DNA of 64,000 bases from Eledone cirrhosa. Lineage: Eukaryota. Under the pieces are notes generated by a model. The model was not told the DNA's origin. It searched no databases and saw nothing but the letters and a program-made list of their open reading frames with translations. The translations under genes were made by a program, and so were the position numbers. Positions 42,701 to 55,763 of the stretch are shown here, in pieces (within the stretch, counting starts at the first letter, position 1; every line of letters starts with the position of its first letter). Location of the stretch: assembly GCA_964016885.1 (NCBI GenBank), contig OZ024747.1, positions 16,058,001 to 16,122,000 on the forward strand. Direction: 5' to 3'.

Positions 42701-45700
42701 CATCAACACCACAAACACTATCACCTCCATCATCAACACCACAAACACTATCACCTCCATCATCAACACCACAAACACTATCACCTCCATCATCAACACC
42801 ACAAACACTAACACCTCCATCATCAACCCCACAAACACTAACACCCCCATCATCAACCCCACAAACACTATCACCTCTATCATCAACACCACAAACACTA
42901 ACACCTCCATCATCAACACCACAAACACTAACATCTCCATCATCAACACCACAAACACTAACACCTCTATCATCAACACCACAAACACTAACACCTCCAT
43001 CATCAACACCACAAACACTAACACCTCCATCATCAACCCCACAAACACTAACACCCCCATCATCAACCCCACAAACACTATCACCTCCATCATCAACACC
43101 ACAAACACTAACACCTCCATCATCAACACCACAAACACTAACACCTCCATCATCAACCCCACAAACACTAACACCCCCATCATCAACCCCACAAACACTA
43201 TCACCTCCATCATCAATCCCACAAACACTAACACCCCCATCATCAACCCCACAAACACTATCACCACCATCATCAACACCACAAACACTAACACCTCCAT
43301 CATCAACGCCACAAACATCATCACCTCCATCATCAACACCACAAACACTATCAACACCATCATCAACACCACAAACACTAACACCACCATCATCAACCCC
43401 ACAGACACTAACACCTCCATCATCAACCCCACAAACACTAACACCTCCATCATCAACCCCACAAACACTAACACGCCCATCATCAACCCCACAAACACTA
43501 TCACCTCCATCATGAACACCACAAACACTAACACCACCATCATCAACCCCACAAACACGAAAACCTCCATCATCAACCCCACAAACACTATCACCTCCAT
43601 CATCAACACTACAAACACTAACACCACCATCATCAACCCCACAAACACGAAAACCTCCATCATCAACACCACAAACACTAACACCTCCATCATCAACACC
43701 ACAAACACTAACACCTCCATCATCAACACCACAAACACTAACACATCCATCAACAACCCCACAAACACTATCACCTCCATCATCAACACCACAAACACTA
43801 ACACCACCATCATCAACCCCACAAACACTATCACCTCCATCATCAACACCACAAACACTATCACCTCCATCATCAACACCACAAACACTATCACCTCCAT
43901 CATCAACCCCACAAACACTAACACCCCCATCATCAACCCCACAAATACTATCAACACCATCATCAACCCCACAAACACGAAAACCTCCATCATCAACCCC
44001 ACAGACACTAACACCTCCATCATCAACCCCACAAACACTATCAACACCATCATCAACCCCACAAACACGAAAACCTCCATCATCAACCCCACAGACACTA
44101 ACACCCCCATAATCAACCCCACAAACACTATCACCTCCATCATCAACACCACAAACACTAACACCACCATCATCAACCCCACAAACACGAAAACCTCCAT
44201 CATCAACACCACAAACACTATAACCTCCATCATCAACACCACAAACACTGTCACCTCCATCATCAACACCACAAACACTATCACCTCCATCATCAACACC
44301 ACAAACACTATCACCTCCATCATCAACACCACAAACACTGTCACCTCCATCATCAACACCACAAACACTATCACCTCCATCATCAACACCACAAACACTA
44401 TCACCTCCATCATCAACACCACAAACACTAACACCACCATCATCAACCCCACAAGCACTATCACCACCTCATCAACGCCACAAACACTAACACCTCCATC
44501 ATCAACACCACAAACACTATCAACTCCATCATCAACACCACAAACACTATCACCTCCATCATCAACACCACAAACACTATCACCTCCATCATCAAGACCA
44601 CAAACACTAACACCTCCATCATCAAGACCACAAACACTAACACCTCCATCATCAACACCACAAACTCTAACACCTCCATCATCAACACCACAAACACTAT
44701 CACCTCCATCATCAACACCACAAACACTATCACCTCCATCATCAACACCACAAACACTATCACCTCCATCATCAAGACCACAAACACTAACACCTCCATC
44801 ATCAACACCACAAACACTATCACCACCTCATCAACGCCACAAACACTAACACCTCCATCATCAACACAACAAACACTATCACCTCCATCATCAACACCAC
44901 AAACACTATCACCTCCATCATCAACACCACAAACACTAACACCTCCATCATCAAGACCACAAACACTAACACCTCCATCATCAAGACCACAAACACTAAC
45001 ACCTCCATCATCAACACCACAAACACTATCACCTCCATCATCAACCCACAAACACTATCACCTCCATCATCAACCCCACAAACACTATCACCTCCATCAT
45101 CAACACCACAAACACTAACACCTCCATCATCAAGACCACAAACACTAACACCTCCATCATCAAGACCACAAACACTAACACCTCCATCATCAACACCACA
45201 AACACTATCACCTCCATCATCAACCCACAAACACTATCACCTCCATCATCAACCCCACAAACACTATCACCTCCATCATCAACACCACAAACACTATCAC
45301 CTCCATCATCAACACCACAAACACTATCACCGCCATCATCAACACCACAAACACTAACACCTCCATCATCAACACCACAAACACTAACACCTCCATCATC
45401 AACACCACAAACACTAACACCTCCATCATCAACACCACAAACACTAACACCTCCATCATCAACACCACAAACACTATAACCTCCATCATCAACACCACAA
45501 ACACTATCACCTCCATCATCAACACCACAAACACTAACACCTGCATCATCAACACCACAAACACTATCACCTCCATCAACAACCCCACAAGCACTATCAC
45601 CTCCATCATCAACCCCACAAACACTATCACCACCATCATCAACACCACAAACACTATCACCTCCATCATCAACACCACAAACACTATCACCTCCATCATC

Positions 45701-46675
45701 AACCCCACAAACACTATCACCTCCATCATCAACACCACAAACACTATCACCTCCATCATCAACACCACAAACACTAACACCTCCATCATCAACACCACAA
45801 ACACTATCACCTCCATCAACAACCCCACAAACACTATCACCTCCATCATCAACCCCACAAACACTATCACCACCATCATCAACACCACAAACACTATCAC
45901 CTCCATCATCAACACCACAAACACTATCACCTCCATCATCAACCCCACAAACACTATCACCTCCATCATCAACACCACAAACACTATCACCTCCATCATC
46001 AACACCACAAACACTATCACCTCCATCATCAACACCACAAACACTATCAACACCATCATCAACACCACAAACACTAACACCTCCATCATCAACCCCACAA
46101 ACACTAACACCTCCATCATCAACACCACAAACACTAACACCTCCATCATCAACGCCACAAACACAATCACCTCCATCATCAACACCACAAACACTATCAA
46201 CACCATCATCAACACCACAAACACTAACACCTCCATCATCAACACCACAAACACTAACACCTCCATCATCAACACCACAAACACTAACACCTCCATCATC
46301 AACACCACAAACACTAACACCTCCATCATCAACACCACAAACACTAACACCTCCATCATCAACACCACAAACACTAACACCTCCATCATCAACACCACAA
46401 ACACTATCACCTCCATCATCAACACCACAAACACTAACACCTCCATCATCAACACCACAAACACTAACACCTCCATCATCAACACCACAAACACTATCAC
46501 CTCCATCATCAACACCACAAACACTAACACCTCCATCATCAACACCACAAACACTAACACCTCCATCATCAACACCACAAACACTATCACCTCCATCATC
46601 AACACCACAAACACTATGACCTCCATCATCAACACCACACACACTATCACCACCTCATCAACACCACAAACACCA
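39727..46675. repeat. 30-bp minisatellite (atcacctccatcatcaacaccacaaacact), ~230 units
   Basis: Tandem units read directly; single-base deletions shift phase at ~42309, 44468, 44827, 45047, 45226. Confidence 0.97.
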
Positions 46676-46804
46676 TCACAAACATTGTAAACACCCTCAC
46701 CTCTCACACAACTACCAACAACCATCATCACCATCTTTATCATTATCAACATCAACAACATAATCAACATCATCATCATCATCTTCATTATTATCAACAT
46801 CATA

Positions 46805-46997
46805 GGCTGGAGAATTGGCAGTATCGGTAGAGGGTTGGACGCCATGCTTTCTAGCATAGTTACGTCCCTTTACAGTCTGAGTTCAAATCCCGCCGAGGTT
46901 AACATTGCCTTTCATCCTTACGGGGTCGATAAAATAAAGTACCAGTAATGTACTGGGTAATTGCTAGCCTTGTGCCTAAAGTGGAAACAACTATTAT
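46805..46997 (+). mobile_element. tRNA-derived SINE
   Basis: Matches consensus. Confidence 0.9.
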
Positions 46998-47476
46998 GAA
47001 CATCAACGATGTAATCATCATCATCATCATCCTCATCATCATTATCAACATCAACAATATAATAATCACCATCATTATTATTATCATTTTACAATGATGA
47101 TGATGACGATATGAGTAGTGTATAAACTGTTTCGTCATTTATCCCAAAGCTCTGTTAACAACAATTGAACATTTTTACTCTTTATTTTTTACGATTTACT
47201 TCAATGACATAACTTAAACGTTTTCCATTAAAAATACTAATTTCAAAATACGAACAAAAGATAACAGATATATGTTATGACAGAATATTTAATTCATGAT
47301 AAAGTTTTTGAATTATGTTTTGATTTCCATGCCTTGTAAATGAAATTCAGTAGATGGAAACTCCTATTGCTCGTCATATGTATGTATGCATGTATGTATG
47401 TATGTATGTATGTATGTATGTATGTATGTATGTATGTATGTATGTATGTATGTATGTATGTATGTATGTATGTATG

Positions 47477-48325
47477 TTCTTCTGGTTTTATAATTTCACA
47501 AAGTGTTACCAATAGAGAGAGAGTCGGTTTCTAACATAGACACAAGACTCTCTCATTGGAATTTACACAACATCAACTAGGTAGATATGTATGTATGCAT
47601 GCATGTGTAGATATGGATGTTATTGTATGTGTGGATGTGTATGTTTTGAGTTGTATGGGTGCATGTGTATATGCTTTGTATCTGTACATGTGTATATGCA
47701 GTTATTAGATGCAACATTTTTGGAATGTTTTACATATTTTTACTGTTCCATTAATGGATTGTACTTGTAGTTTCCTAACTAGTTGTGTTCTTTCTGTTCC
47801 TGTGAAACCTAGCTTCTCAAGATTTGTATTGAGGCAGTTACTAACATATCCCAGTACCCCAATAATCACAGGCATAAATCTGAAGGTGTAATCAGGGTGG
47901 AGTATCTGCAGATTACTCATCAGTTCTGCATAAATATTCTCCTTTTCACTAATCTTTAATATTATATTGTCATCTGCTGGGCAGCTAATTTCCACTACTG
48001 TGCATGTTTTCTTCTCCCTGTCCCATATCATCATATCTGGTCTGTTATGCCTGCATTTTATAGGGGTTTTTATTGGAACATTCCACCAGTACTTTTTCAT
48101 ATTATGTACATGGATGTCTTCCACATTATTGTAGCTTTTAATGTGTTTATTATCGGGGCTATCTTTTTTACGAACTGCATTGTACAGTGTGTTGGCCACT
48201 ACATCATGCCTCATAGGTAGATAGTACCGCGATGACATCTTTGGGCAGCTGCTGATGACATGGGTGATATCCTCGATGTTAGTTCTGCAGAGTCTGCACT
48301 TGTTATCACATCTTGGTGTTTTGCT
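47477..48325 (-). mobile_element. R4/Dong-clade LINE 3' fragment in (CATA)n
   Basis: CRLC..EDITHVISSC zinc knuckle, RHD motif, NRPDMMIWD..VVEISCP..K..Y restriction-like endonuclease, then 3' UTR and (CATA)n. Confidence 0.9.
47705..48238 (-). pseudogene. Restriction-like (PD-D/ExK) endonuclease domain of the R4/Dong LINE, 5'-truncated
   Basis: 177-aa ORF with RHD, RPD, E and K..Y motifs. Confidence 0.85.
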
Positions 48326-48362
48326 CTATGCATGTATGTATCTATGTATGTATGTATGTATG

Positions 48363-48937
48363 TTCCTTTATCAGCCGCAGCGCCGTTCGTATACGCTTAG
48401 GTTGGTTTTTTTGAAATATCCTTTTAAAATTTCCGATCGGCTTTCGAGAAAGCGGCCGCCTCGTTCGCTCGCCCCGTTTGCTTTTTCTCTTTTGCTCTCT
48501 TTGCGGAGCAGGAGGGAGCGGGTCGCTCTGGGAGAGATGACCCCTTAGCCTTTGTCAAGGCAGAATTCTAGGAGAAGGCAAACTCTGATATAACACCTGC
48601 AACCCTGATGGTATCCAATGATGTTGACTTGTTCTTCTTTTTGGTAAATATTATCTTGGTTAAGAGAGTGGGACTGGCTTTGTGCAGTGCCTTTGCTCAC
48701 TATAAAAGCTTCACGGCACAGGCATTGCTTTATATCTGGAGATCTCTCTGCACTTGTCGTCACATGGAACCATGGGCCCAGCACTATGTGTCAATAATTG
48801 TCACAAGTGTAGTGTTTGTACCAGAGTTTTCAAGTCGCTGGCTGGACTAAAAACCACACTCGTTCAGCGCATCCGTAGGGGTTCTCCTACATGGATATAA
48901 GGTAGTGGCCGTACTCGAAAACGAGTTGGCAGCCACC
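48363..48937 (+). mobile_element. Non-autonomous RTE-derived element (5' UTR joined to 3' end) with (TATG)n tail
   Basis: GC-rich head; taggagaaggcaaactctga (RTE 5' UTR-like motif); CSVCTRVFKSLAGLK finger remnant; 3' stem-loop tggc..ctcg..cgag..gcca. Confidence 0.6.
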
Positions 48938-49009
48938 ATGTATGTATGTATGTATGTATGTATGTATGTATGTATGTATGTATGTATGTATGTATGTATG
49001 TATGTATGT

Positions 49010-49403
49010 ACACTGAAAAGGAAGGTAAGTAAAGAAGACTGTCCTGAACAACCTGCTGTTGAACATAATCTGATTTGCCAACACTGTGGTCGAGTCAACC
49101 TGAGTAAATCTGGTTTGACTAGATACGAACAAAGTCATATCAGTAGACCTCATGACCTCATGATTATGATCTGAAAAGGTTTAAGGAATGTGGCAAGGAA
49201 TGTGCTAGCATGGAAGGGTTTAAAAGACACATGAGACACACAGTCAGAACAAAGCAATGGAAAGTCTCGGGGGAACCTACAGTTGCCATATATGTGCCAG
49301 AGGGTGCAAGTCTTTGGCTGGTTTAAAGAGCCAAATTCGTGCCTCACATTTTCTTAGCATTTTTCAGGCGATGGCAATGCTCGAACATGAGTTTCTAGCC
49401 ATC
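49010..49403 (+). mobile_element. RTE-like LINE 3' end with C-terminal C2H2 zinc fingers and (TATG)n tail
   Basis: ICQHCGRVNLSKSGLTRYEQSH and YSCHICARGCKSLAGLKSQIRASH; 3' stem-loop homologous to 48900-48937. Confidence 0.65.
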
Positions 49404-49466
49404 ATGTATGTATGTATGTATGTATGTATGTATGTATGTATGTATGTATGTATGTATGTACGTATG

Positions 49467-49914
49467 TTCTTCTGGTTTTATAATTTCACAAATTTTGTCA
49501 AAAGAGAGAGAGTCGGTTTCTAACATAGATACAAAACTCTCTCATTGGAATTTACACATCAGCTAGGTAGATATGTCTGCCTGTCTGCATGCATGCATGT
49601 GTATGCAAGTATGGATGTTATTGTATGTGTCGATGTGTATAGTTTGAGTTGTATGTGTGCATGTGCATATGCTTTGTATCTGTACATGTGTATATGCAGT
49701 TATTAGATGCAGAATTTTTGGAACGTTTTACATATTTTTTACTGTTCCATTAATGGATTGTACTTGTCATTTCCTAACTAGTCGTGTTCTTTCTGTTTCT
49801 GTGAAGCCCACCTTCTCAAGTTATGTATTGAAGCAGTTACTAACATATCCCAATGTCCCAATAATCACAGGCATAAATCTGAAGGTTTAGTAAGCGGGGA
49901 GTATCTGCAGATTT
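49467..49914 (-). mobile_element. Second, shorter R4/Dong LINE 3' fragment
   Basis: Aligns with 47477-47915; flanked by (TATG)n. Confidence 0.9.
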
Positions 49915-49966
49915 CTTATACGAATGTAAGTATGTATGTACGTACATATGTATGTATGTGTGTATC

Positions 49967-50116
49967 TATGGGCGGAAGTGGTGTGAACTAACTCAGATCG
50001 CTGAAGATCCCAGAGGAGATAACGAGGGACCGTGTGGAATGGAGAGATGCTATGCTGAAGAGAACTCGTCCTACCCTAGCAAGCTGGGAAAAGCGGACGT
50101 AAAATGATGAATGATG
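49967..50116 (+). mobile_element. RTE-type LINE 3' end
   Basis: WAEVV..LKIPEEITRDRVEWRDAM (DRxxWR motif), then atgatgaatgatg tail. Confidence 0.6.
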
Positions 50117-50519
50117 GTGTATGTATATGATTAGTTTTAGAAAAGTAAACAGTCCTTGAAAACCACATTTTATAGAGATCAGGTAAATATTTGGTGATGA
50201 ATAATTGTGAGATTGTCACAGGTGCAGAGAGAACTCCTTCTGTTTACATCTTCATCATCCCTCGGTATTCGATTTTGAGACGTTCAGACGTTTTCAAACT
50301 TGAAGGCTTAAGAAAAGCAGTCTTTTTACAGATTTTAATCATTCAATCTAAGCCTAACCATGAAAAATAATATAGCGTTATCAATACTCGACTGCACGAA
50401 TCATTATATATATATATATTTCCAAACTACTCGTCCCCTCAATCTATCTTATTTCTCATTCTTTCTTCTGATATAACCCTTCCGTATACTGTACCGATTT
50501 TGTTGTTATTTCTGTTTAA

Positions 50520-50580
<61 letters not shown>

Positions 50581-50642
50581 GAGTTTCCCGAAAAGCTAAG
50601 GAAGAACGAGTACAACGAATACACACACACACACACACACAC

Positions 50643-50673
<31 letters not shown>

Positions 50674-50705
50674 CATACACACACACACACATACACACAC
50701 ACACA

Positions 50706-50753
<48 letters not shown>

Positions 50754-50809
50754 TAAAAAAATAATGAATAAAACAATGAAACAGTTCCTTATATTAAACA
50801 AAAAATGTT

Positions 50810-50959
50810 CATTATTTAACGATCGTTTCTGGGATATATATGTGTTAGAATTGGCATGTATATTTAACAGATCTATGTACAAAATTATACAAAATTATAC
50901 AAACTATCAAAATTAAATATACATACCAACTCATATATATGCCGTCTTCAGAAATAATG
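50810..50959 (-). ncRNA. Type I hammerhead ribozyme with ~110-nt stem II
   Basis: Minus: cattattt-CTGAAGA-c gg..atatatatg agttggtatgtatatttaa..ttaaatatacatgccaatt..catatatat..cc a-GAAA-cgatcg-TT-aaataatg; perfect 8-bp stem I, palindromic stem III, GUU triplet. Confidence 0.8.
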
Positions 50960-50960
50960 T

Positions 50961-51061
<101 letters not shown>

Positions 51062-51703
51062 ATCTTCGTTGTACTCGTTCTTACTTAGCTTTTCGGGAAA
51101 CTCATTTATTTAGAGATTTTAACCTTGTTATATAATACATTCTATTAAGCAGAACCCAAACAAATCAAAACAGGAGCAAGTTCAAATTGTGTTGAATTAT
51201 TCAAATAAATATGAATATATAAAATAAATGTAAAACGAAAGCAAGTGTTAATTTAGAAAGTGACTGCATGTCAATATTTTTACACAGAATATGTTACAAG
51301 TGTACTAAGACACTTCTGAGAAATTGTATAATGGAAGAGACTTTATCAGGCTTATGATGCGGCTATTTTCACGAAGTTCAAAACATGTTTTCTATAATTC
51401 CGATTTACTGTTGCCAGTCACCTGACAGTGAGCATGTTGGGGGAAAGCTTAGAAATGAATAATCGATTTTAACAACCACACACTCGCATGCAGACTTATA
51501 AAGACCGACCACACACACGCATGCATACTTATAAAGACACGCACACACTCACCAGATACACAACACACCCACCCATACACAGAGATACAGACACGCACAC
51601 ACACATACACAGACACACATACACACACACACATACGCACACACTCGGAAACAGACAGATGAACAGCCACACACACACACATATACACACATAACACACA
51701 CAT

Positions 51704-51763
<60 letters not shown>

Positions 51764-54700
51764 CAACAAACCTGCAGTCATCTGTCGATATATTTTATAA
51801 TAATTATGTGAATTAATATTCTGAAAAGTGCATATATAATTGAAGCAAAACGGTTGCTTCTTTGGTTTAATAAACATCAAAATAATTCAATAATGAACAT
51901 GAATGGTCAAATATGTTAAAGTGTGAATGAATGATTACACTATAAAGAATTAGTGATTAGATTTTAAGTGACTAACTATTGGTAATCAATATTGGAAGAG
52001 AAGATCACTAATGAAATTCTAACAAGGTACATTTGTCCTAGATTCCATCTTGTCTGCGTGGTGCTTATTTTTCATAAACCTAATCTCTTTTAATTACTAT
52101 TTCCAGTTAACCTAAATAACATTTAAATCTATCTACAAAATATATTTGCACATGAGCTGATAAATTTTAATATAAGACACTTTCAATTATATATTTATAC
52201 AAAGTTTGCTTTATTCGTAATTTTTCTCTTGAGCCTCCCAACTGATGATGAATATTATATGTTAAGATTGATCTGATTGTAGGAATGTCTGCTTCAGAAA
52301 TAATTATTTATGAGCGATTTAATTCGCTGAAAAGATTGGAATGAACCAGATTTTGGTCAAAATACTAGTGTTGTTGACATTCTGAACTCAATTCCTTTTG
52401 TAATTAGTAGAAACAATATTACGTCGGTGTAAATGTCTTGCCCAATTCAGTCTATCAATCTGCACACTGATTTCAAGCGTCTCTAAGCTTTACTCTGTAT
52501 TTTATCCTTTCGGGTAGAGAAGCAATGTATATATCCAGCAAGGTGGAATACCGATTATATTTTGGTGTTGACTAAATGCTTTGTGATATCTGTCCCATTT
52601 TGTGTTTTATTCTGATGTCACCCCTAACAAACATACAATAACAATTTTGATAAATGTTATCAGGCTTTGTCAGCCCCGAGGAGAATATAAGTGACATAGA
52701 GAAGAGAGACATTCATTTACAAGCCACTAATAATCGTCCAAAAGAAGGAAACGTAAAATTACATTTTGTTTCATAAGTGGAGAATATATTGAATTAGAAA
52801 TAGTAGAGAAAATATCATGTGAGAGATGCCGAAAAAAATAAGTAACACTGTTGGAATTAATATATTTGCTTCACTGAAAGAGTGTTAACTGACAAACTCT
52901 CTCTGGAGCGAAAAGGCTATAATTTCCTACAATGTTGAGAAAACTGACACCAAAACAATAATTTGATACAAGGTTGAAAAGGCATTATTAGAAGGAATTA
53001 GATATAAGGTTATGAATTTGGTAACACATAGATTATATCGAATAACATTCAATGATAGTTGTCCATTTAATTGCTTGGTTATTGGTGATAATTCATCTAT
53101 GAATTCTTTCTTTATTCAGTGAAAGAAATTCCTCCCACAAGAAGTTGTGTGTAAAGAGCAATCAAATTATATGAAATATATGCACATCGTTTGCTTCAGT
53201 TACAATTAAGATTTATATTTTAAATTGTGTTTTGTGATGAAGATGATGGTGATGATGATGAGGAAGATGATAATGATGATGATGATGAGGATGATTAAGA
53301 TGATGATAATGAATATTATGAGAAGGCGGTGGTGTTTAGGCAGAAGGATGATAGCGATCATGAGAACCAGAAAGATGGATTCTTCTCCGTTCAAATTATG
53401 TGTCCAGCTCGGCAATAAAAAACAAAAAAAAACAACTTTGTGATTGATGATTTCACATTAATATGAGAGGGTGTAGTGGTTTAAGGCATTCGCTTTCAAT
53501 TCATGAAGCCACTGGCATCAATTCTACGTTTCCTTTTACTACAGAATACGTTTGATTAAAATCCAGCAGATGAAAACAATATAGACAACTGTCAGATGGA
53601 CTATACAGTGATACAGAGGGTTATATTTGAAACATTTCATCACACTGTTTCTGCCTGAGGGATACGTTAATAATACAAGGACCTAACCAATTATACTATA
53701 CATCAATAAGTAGAGAGAATGAATGATAGGGCCAGTAAAGCACTCATCGTTGTAACTAGCCTAGGATCCATTTCCTCTTGTGTGTGAGAGTGTTGTGACG
53801 GTTTGTGGTTTGCAATAACGGATTTGTTCACGTCAACATAGAAATATTTTTGTTTGATATTAAAAAGGCATTTATCTTTGAAGTCAGAACAAATTTTTTC
53901 CAGCTGCCAGTCAGGATTAAATATTTTTCATCTCTCTGATAACCTTAAACCCTCACTTAAAAAATAAAGAAAACTTGTATAAAAAAAGCATTGATCTATT
54001 TGTATGGTTTCATACACACCATTTTCAGAAATCAGGTGAAGAATACACAGTGGTTGTCATGTATCCGACCTATAGAATACTAAATCTGTTGCTATAGCTG
54101 AATATATCAGATTCTGTATATAAGGTAGATTGATTTGCAAAACATCAGTTTCAAAACTATACGTTTCAGTGATCTTGCAAATTTGATATTTGCATGACTA
54201 CACAAAAACAATAACGAAAAGAAAAGATAGAAAAATAAAAAAAACAACCTGCTCCTCTCTTCAAATAATAATGGTAATGTGAACAATAATTAAATTGAGG
54301 AATTGTGTTGGTCAAAAGAATGGATTTCGATATATACATTCTTACAAGACTATAGAATGTCATTATTATTAAAAAAATATTATTATGTGACAAATAAATG
54401 TGTAGTTTATTGGACATTCAGACGAACAGCCTAAATATAATGGCCAGTACAACAGAGTATCAGAGAATAACATTTGTAATTATTCCTAATACTTTCAAAT
54501 TTCATCTCAAAAATATTATATTTTATAATAAACTAGTTAAATAAAAATTAGATGTATGAAAAGACGCAAAACCTATGATTCGAGATAATTAACATTTCTA
54601 AAGGAAATACTATTACTCATTGTTGTACATCCATTGTCAGTTCTATTTTAAAAACGGTATTAAAATCAGTAAGTAGATACGGCATTGATTTACTACAAAG

Positions 54701-54800
54701 GTAAATATTATAAACATGTCATACATATGTCATGTATACATATGTACACACGTACATACAAACACATACTTATACAGAAAAACGCATACAGACAGAGACA

Positions 54801-55579
54801 TAAGATGGTGTGATGAAAAGTTCATAGACTGACTATGAAGGAATGATACCAGTGCTGCGAAATCTTGCATGCATTAATTTCAACTTTTATTATTGATAAG
54901 TGCATTTTGCTGTTAGGAAAACTGATATCTGTCTGTTCAAAGAAAATCTCAGATGTAACTTGTAAATAGATAAACGTTGGCATTGCGGTGTTAACAATTG
55001 CCTACAGAAAAAGGGTTTACTCCCCCAAGTACATTCATGTTGACATTGTTGCTACATTAGAGGATGGCACCCCAACTTTGGCAACAGTGCAAAAGTGGGC
55101 AGCTGAATTTAGGAGGGGAAGTGACAGTTTTGAAGATGATTCAAGGTCTGGACTTCTTTCAACTGCCACTACAGATGGAAAACATTGTATTTGTTCGGCA
55201 CCTGGTGATGGATGACAGGCGACTAACACGCATTGAAATAGCCAATGCAATTAGTATCTTGGTTTCAATGGTCTGAACTGGTTGATCACCCTTTCTATTC
55301 TCCTAATTTGGCCCCATCTGACTATGATCTGTTTCCCAACATGAAAGAACACTTCGATGGGAAGCAGTATTCTATGATGAGGAAGTCATATCTGCTGTTG
55401 ATGACATTTTTGACCAACAGGATGAAAGATTTTATTCACTAACGGGATCCAAGCACTGCAACATCGACCAAAGAATGGTGTGGACCACAAAGCGTACTAT
55501 GTTGAAAAATAAACCTCATTTGGTCAGATTCCAAGAGAGAATATTGGTCAGCCTATGAAACTTTCAGCCAATATTCGTA
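54801..55579 (+). mobile_element. Internally deleted mariner element
   Basis: TIRs tgaaaagttcatagactgac and gtcagcctatgaaactttca with TA ends; HTH region (VQKWAAEFRRG..EDDSRSG, DRRLT) joined to HPFYSPNLAPSDYDLF and YVEK*. Confidence 0.88.
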
Positions 55580-55675
55580 TGTTTACACACACACACACGC
55601 ACGCACACACACACATTGAGAGTCGTGATGCATTTAGGGCAGCGCAGCACAATTAATTCATATATGCATACATAC

Positions 55676-55763
<88 letters not shown>

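Noticed and set aside
39346-43515. 1389-aa mucin-like ORF and the overlapping 445-887-aa ORFs
   Set aside because: It starts inside a SINE and is a translation of the 30-bp minisatellite; several frames on both strands are open and 1-bp deletions switch phase freely
38083-46675. CRISPR-like or telomeric array
   Set aside because: Units are contiguous with no unique spacers, no cas genes and no TTAGGG-type repeat; eukaryotic context
49996-50030. CTGAAGA-tcc[caga]gga-GATA hammerhead-like motif
   Set aside because: GATA instead of GAAA, no stem I or III, and it lies in RTE coding remnant
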